Positions 60,156-64,000 of a stretch of 64,000 nt of DNA are shown here, piece by piece (position 1 is the stretch's first letter; the number at the start of each line of letters is the position of its first letter). Origin of the DNA: Negativicutes bacterium (lineage in GTDB: Bacteria > Bacillota > Negativicutes > UBA1444); NCBI GenBank assembly GCA_963665275.2, contig CAXXIN010000007.1, positions 544,001-608,000 on the forward strand. Reading direction: 5' to 3'. The notes below the pieces were generated by a model. That model did no database searches, was not told where the DNA came from, and saw only the letters and a program-made list of their open reading frames with translations. Position numbers and translations under genes: made by a program.

Positions 60156-61598
60156 TTACTTCGCGGTGAGCTTTTCTTTGAGAATCCGATTTACCACTTC
60201 CGGGTTGGCCCGTCCTTTGGTCTGGCGCATGATCTGTCCCACCAGGAATCCGATGGCTTTTTCCTTGCCGGCGTTGAAATCCACGACCGACTGAGGATTG
60301 GCTGCGATCACTGCTTCGACGATGCTGCCAAGTTCGCCCTCGTCACTCATCTGAACCAAGCCCTGTTCTTTGATGATGACCCCGGCGGTTTTTCCTTCGG
60401 TCCACATGGATTCGAATACCGACTTGGCAATCTTACCGGAAATCGTTCCTTTGTCGATCAAAGCAATCATTTCCGCCAGATTGGCCGGTGATACAGGGCA
60501 ATTTCGAATATCCAACGAGCAGGCGTTCAAATGCTTTGATACTTCACCCATCAGCCAGTTGGCTGCTGCTTTGGCATCCACTCCCGCTGCGATGAGTGCG
60601 TCAAAATAATCTGCCATGGGCCGCGCCGCAGTGATGACTTCCGCATCGTAAGCGGAAAGCCCGTGGTTGGCTATGAGACGTTCTTTGCGGGCATCCGGCA
60701 GTTCGGGCAATGCCTGACGAATTTTCTCAACCCACGCAGGATCAACGATGATCGGAACCAAGTCAGGTTCGGGGAAGTAGCGGTAGTCCTGCGCCTGTTC
60801 CTTGTTGCGCATGGATAAGGTGATCCCGCGGTTATCATCCCAGGTTCGCGTCTCCTGAATGATGCGTCCACCTTCTGAGAGAACCTCGTCCTGCCGTTCC
60901 TGTTCATACTCAAGTGCCCGTTGTACGGCTTTGAACGAATTGACATTCTTGACTTCAGCCTTGGTGCCTAGCTTCTCCTGCCCGACCGGCCGCAGGGAAA
61001 TATTCGCATCGCAACGCAGACTGCCTTCTTCCATCTTGCAGTCGGATACATCGATATAGCTAAGAATGCTCTTAATCTTTTCCAGATAGGCCTTGGCTTC
61101 TTCCGGAGTCCGAATATCAGGCTCAGACACAATCTCAAGCAGAGGAACGCCGGTACGGTTATAGTCCACCAGCGCATATTCCGAGTTGGAGATGGTGCCG
61201 GAATGAATGAGCTTTCCAGCATCTTCTTCCATGTGTACCCGGGTAATTCCGATTCGCCTGGTCTCGCCGTTGACTTCGATATCGAGGTACCCGCCTTCGC
61301 AAATCGGCAGATCATATTGTGATGTCTGGAAGTTCTTCGGTAAATCCGGATAATAGTAATTTTTGCGGTCAAATTTGCTATAGGGAGAAATCTTGCAATT
61401 CAAGGCGATCCCGGTGCGAACTGCGAATTCTAGTACTTTTTCATTCAGTACTGGCAAGACTCCCGGTAAGCCGAGGCAGACCGGACATACGTGGGTGTTT
61501 TGCTCGCCGCCGAATTCGGTGGTGCAGCCGCAAAAGATCTTGGAAGCGGTCTTTAATTCCGTATGAACCTCCAACCCGATTACTGTTTCAAACTGCAT
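60156..61598 (-). CDS. gatB: Asp/Glu-tRNA amidotransferase subunit B
   Basis: [38 protein letters not shown]. Confidence 0.98.
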   Translation of the reverse strand: MQFETVIGLEVHTELKTASKIFCGCTTEFGGEQNTHVCPVCLGLPGVLPVLNEKVLEFAVRTGIALNCKISPYSKFDRKNYYYPDLPKNFQTSQYDLPICEGGYLDIEVNGETRRIGITRVHMEEDAGKLIHSGTISNSEYALVDYNRTGVPLLEIVSEPDIRTPEEAKAYLEKIKSILSYIDVSDCKMEEGSLRCDANISLRPVGQEKLGTKAEVKNVNSFKAVQRALEYEQERQDEVLSEGGRIIQETRTWDDNRGITLSMRNKEQAQDYRYFPEPDLVPIIVDPAWVEKIRQALPELPDARKERLIANHGLSAYDAEVITAARPMADYFDALIAAGVDAKAAANWLMGEVSKHLNACSLDIRNCPVSPANLAEMIALIDKGTISGKIAKSVFESMWTEGKTAGVIIKEQGLVQMSDEGELGSIVEAVIAANPQSVVDFNAGKEKAIGFLVGQIMRQTKGRANPEVVNRILKEKLTAK

Positions 61599-61600
61599 GT

Positions 61601-63067
61601 TCAGTCCACCTCCCGGATTGAAGCCATCTGCTTGTGATAATCATGAGCCTGTTCAAAGGTATAAGCTACCTGCAAAATTTTCTCTTCCGACAGATGCGGC
61701 CCGATGATCTGCATGCCAATCGGCAACCCGCCGGCAAAACCGCACGGCAGGGACAACGCTGGGACACCTGCGAGATTGATGGGAATGGTGCAAACATCCA
61801 TGAGGTACATCGCCAATGGATCTTCGATTTTATCTCCCACCTTGAATGCCGTGGTCGGGGCCGTAGGAGCGATCAGCACATCCACTTTATCAAATACCTT
61901 ATCAAAATCCTGCTTGATCAAGGCCCGGACCTTCAACGCTTTCAAATAGTAAGCATCATAGTAACCCGAGCTCAGTGCATAAGTTCCGAGCATGATACGG
62001 CGCTGAACCTCCGGACCGAAGCCCTCCGCCCGCGTGCGCTTGTACATCGAGATAATATCGTTGCCTGCGCCTCGATGCCCGAACCCGACGCCATCATAAC
62101 GGCCCAGATTGGAACTGGCTTCCGCAGTTGCGATCAAATAGTACGTCGCCAAGGCATATTGAGTATTCGGCATCGATACTTCGACCAGTTCAGCGCCCAT
62201 CGCCACAAGTTCATCAATGGAACGGCGAATGGCGGTTTCCACTTCCGGCTGCATTCCAGCTACGAAGTATTCACGTGGCAGCCCGATTTTCAAGCCTTTG
62301 ACGCCGGTGCCGAGATTCTTGGTGTAGTCGGGAACCGGTATATCAATAGAAGTTGAATCGCGACGATCATGACCGCTGATAGCCCCGAGCACCAGCGCGC
62401 AGTCCCTGACATCCCGGGCAAACGGCCCGATCTGATCCAGCGACGAGGCGTAAGCAACGAGTCCGTAACGGGAAACACGGCCATAGGTAGGTTTCAAACC
62501 GACGATACCGCAGTAGGCCGCAGGCAATCGGATGGATCCGCCTGTATCGGACCCCAGAGACCAAATAGCCTCTCCGGCTGCAACCGCCGCGCCCGACCCA
62601 CCACTGGAACCACCAGGAACACAGTCCGTATCCCAAGGGTTCCGCGTGGTAAAAAAGCCGGAATTCTCGGTTGAAGATCCCATGGCAAATTCGTCCAGAT
62701 TCGCCTTCCCAACGATTACGGCATCGGCTGCCGCCAGTTTCTCCGTAACCGTAGCATCATACGGCGGCACAAAATTGGCCAGAATTTTTGATGCGCAAGT
62801 CGTTTTCGTTCCCTTGGTGCACATATTGTCTTTCAACGCGCCGGGAATTCCAGCCAGCGGCGAAACCACCTCGCCCCGCGCGATTTTTTCATCAACGGTT
62901 TTCGCCTTGGCGATAGCTGCTTCAGACGTCCGGGTAATGAAAGACCGAATGACCGAATCCGCTTTATCTGTCCGATCGAGTACCGACCGGGTGATTTCCA
63001 CCGCACTCACTTCGCGTCGGGTTAGTTTTTCATGCAATTCATGTGCTTTAAGCCTAAAGAGATCCAT
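61601..63067 (-). CDS. gatA: Asp/Glu-tRNA amidotransferase subunit A
   Basis: Amidase signature [37 protein letters not shown]. Confidence 0.98.
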   Translation of the reverse strand: MDLFRLKAHELHEKLTRREVSAVEITRSVLDRTDKADSVIRSFITRTSEAAIAKAKTVDEKIARGEVVSPLAGIPGALKDNMCTKGTKTTCASKILANFVPPYDATVTEKLAAADAVIVGKANLDEFAMGSSTENSGFFTTRNPWDTDCVPGGSSGGSGAAVAAGEAIWSLGSDTGGSIRLPAAYCGIVGLKPTYGRVSRYGLVAYASSLDQIGPFARDVRDCALVLGAISGHDRRDSTSIDIPVPDYTKNLGTGVKGLKIGLPREYFVAGMQPEVETAIRRSIDELVAMGAELVEVSMPNTQYALATYYLIATAEASSNLGRYDGVGFGHRGAGNDIISMYKRTRAEGFGPEVQRRIMLGTYALSSGYYDAYYLKALKVRALIKQDFDKVFDKVDVLIAPTAPTTAFKVGDKIEDPLAMYLMDVCTIPINLAGVPALSLPCGFAGGLPIGMQIIGPHLSEEKILQVAYTFEQAHDYHKQMASIREVD

Positions 63068-63081
63068 TCCCGCTCCCCCCA

Positions 63082-63369
63082 CTATTCCACGATTTTCGGC
63101 ACTTTGAAGAAACCGTTCTCCGGTTCCGGTGCGTTTTGCAGTGCTTCTTCCTGCGACAGGGAAGGTTGAACGACATCAGGCCGCATCACATTTCGCACAT
63201 CCAGTACATGGGCCATCGGCTCAACTCCCGTAGTATCGACTTGATTCAAAACATCGATATATTCGAGAATCGCATCCAGCTGTCCCGTATACTTGTCGAG
63301 GTCTTTCTCCGAAAGCTCGAGACGCGACAACAGCGCCACGTGCTCTACATCTTTGCGGTTCAGTTTCAT
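63082..63369 (-). CDS. gatC: Asp/Glu-tRNA amidotransferase subunit C
   Basis: [11 protein letters not shown]...DTTGVEP...NAPE...FFKVPKI. Confidence 0.96.
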   Translation of the reverse strand: MKLNRKDVEHVALLSRLELSEKDLDKYTGQLDAILEYIDVLNQVDTTGVEPMAHVLDVRNVMRPDVVQPSLSQEEALQNAPEPENGFFKVPKIVE

Positions 63370-63399
63370 TTCGCCACCACCTAGTTCATTATTAGTGTA

Positions 63400-64000
<601 letters not shown>

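Overview
The sequence looks like an anaerobic Firmicute chromosome, possibly Negativicutes (inferred from gene content only). The right end (58.7-64 kb) is core genome on the minus strand: ligA (partial), gatC, gatA, gatB, rlmD/rumA. Everything to the left is accessory DNA accreted at the rlmD 3' end. Three copies of a ~130-150 bp att arm (rlmD-like C-terminal codons plus a conserved hairpin tail) lie at ~58.63-58.77, ~16.49-16.65 and ~14.03-14.15 kb, and each is followed directly by a different defence locus. Element A (~16.63-58.77 kb, ~42 kb) carries a Druantia-like four-gene DUF1998-helicase operon with a Dam-type methylase and rhuM. It also has a satellite-like replication module (HTH, xis, split primase/D5 helicase, iteron origin, cos-like motif), a TA pair, tandem large serine recombinases, an SOS-boxed Y-polymerase and a ~20 kb nitrosative-stress/ABC-exporter cargo. 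Element B is reduced to an AbiE pair fused to the 3' remnant of a group II intron that sits inside the third att copy. Element C carries a type I R-M system with an ATPase-HNH (PtuAB-like) pair, a second HNH nuclease and a decayed copy of element A's backbone, interrupted by an IS256 and a 309-bp IS21-like MITE, followed by a Fic gene running off the left edge. No rRNA, tRNA or CRISPR array was seen. All family calls come from motifs read by eye, not from database searches.
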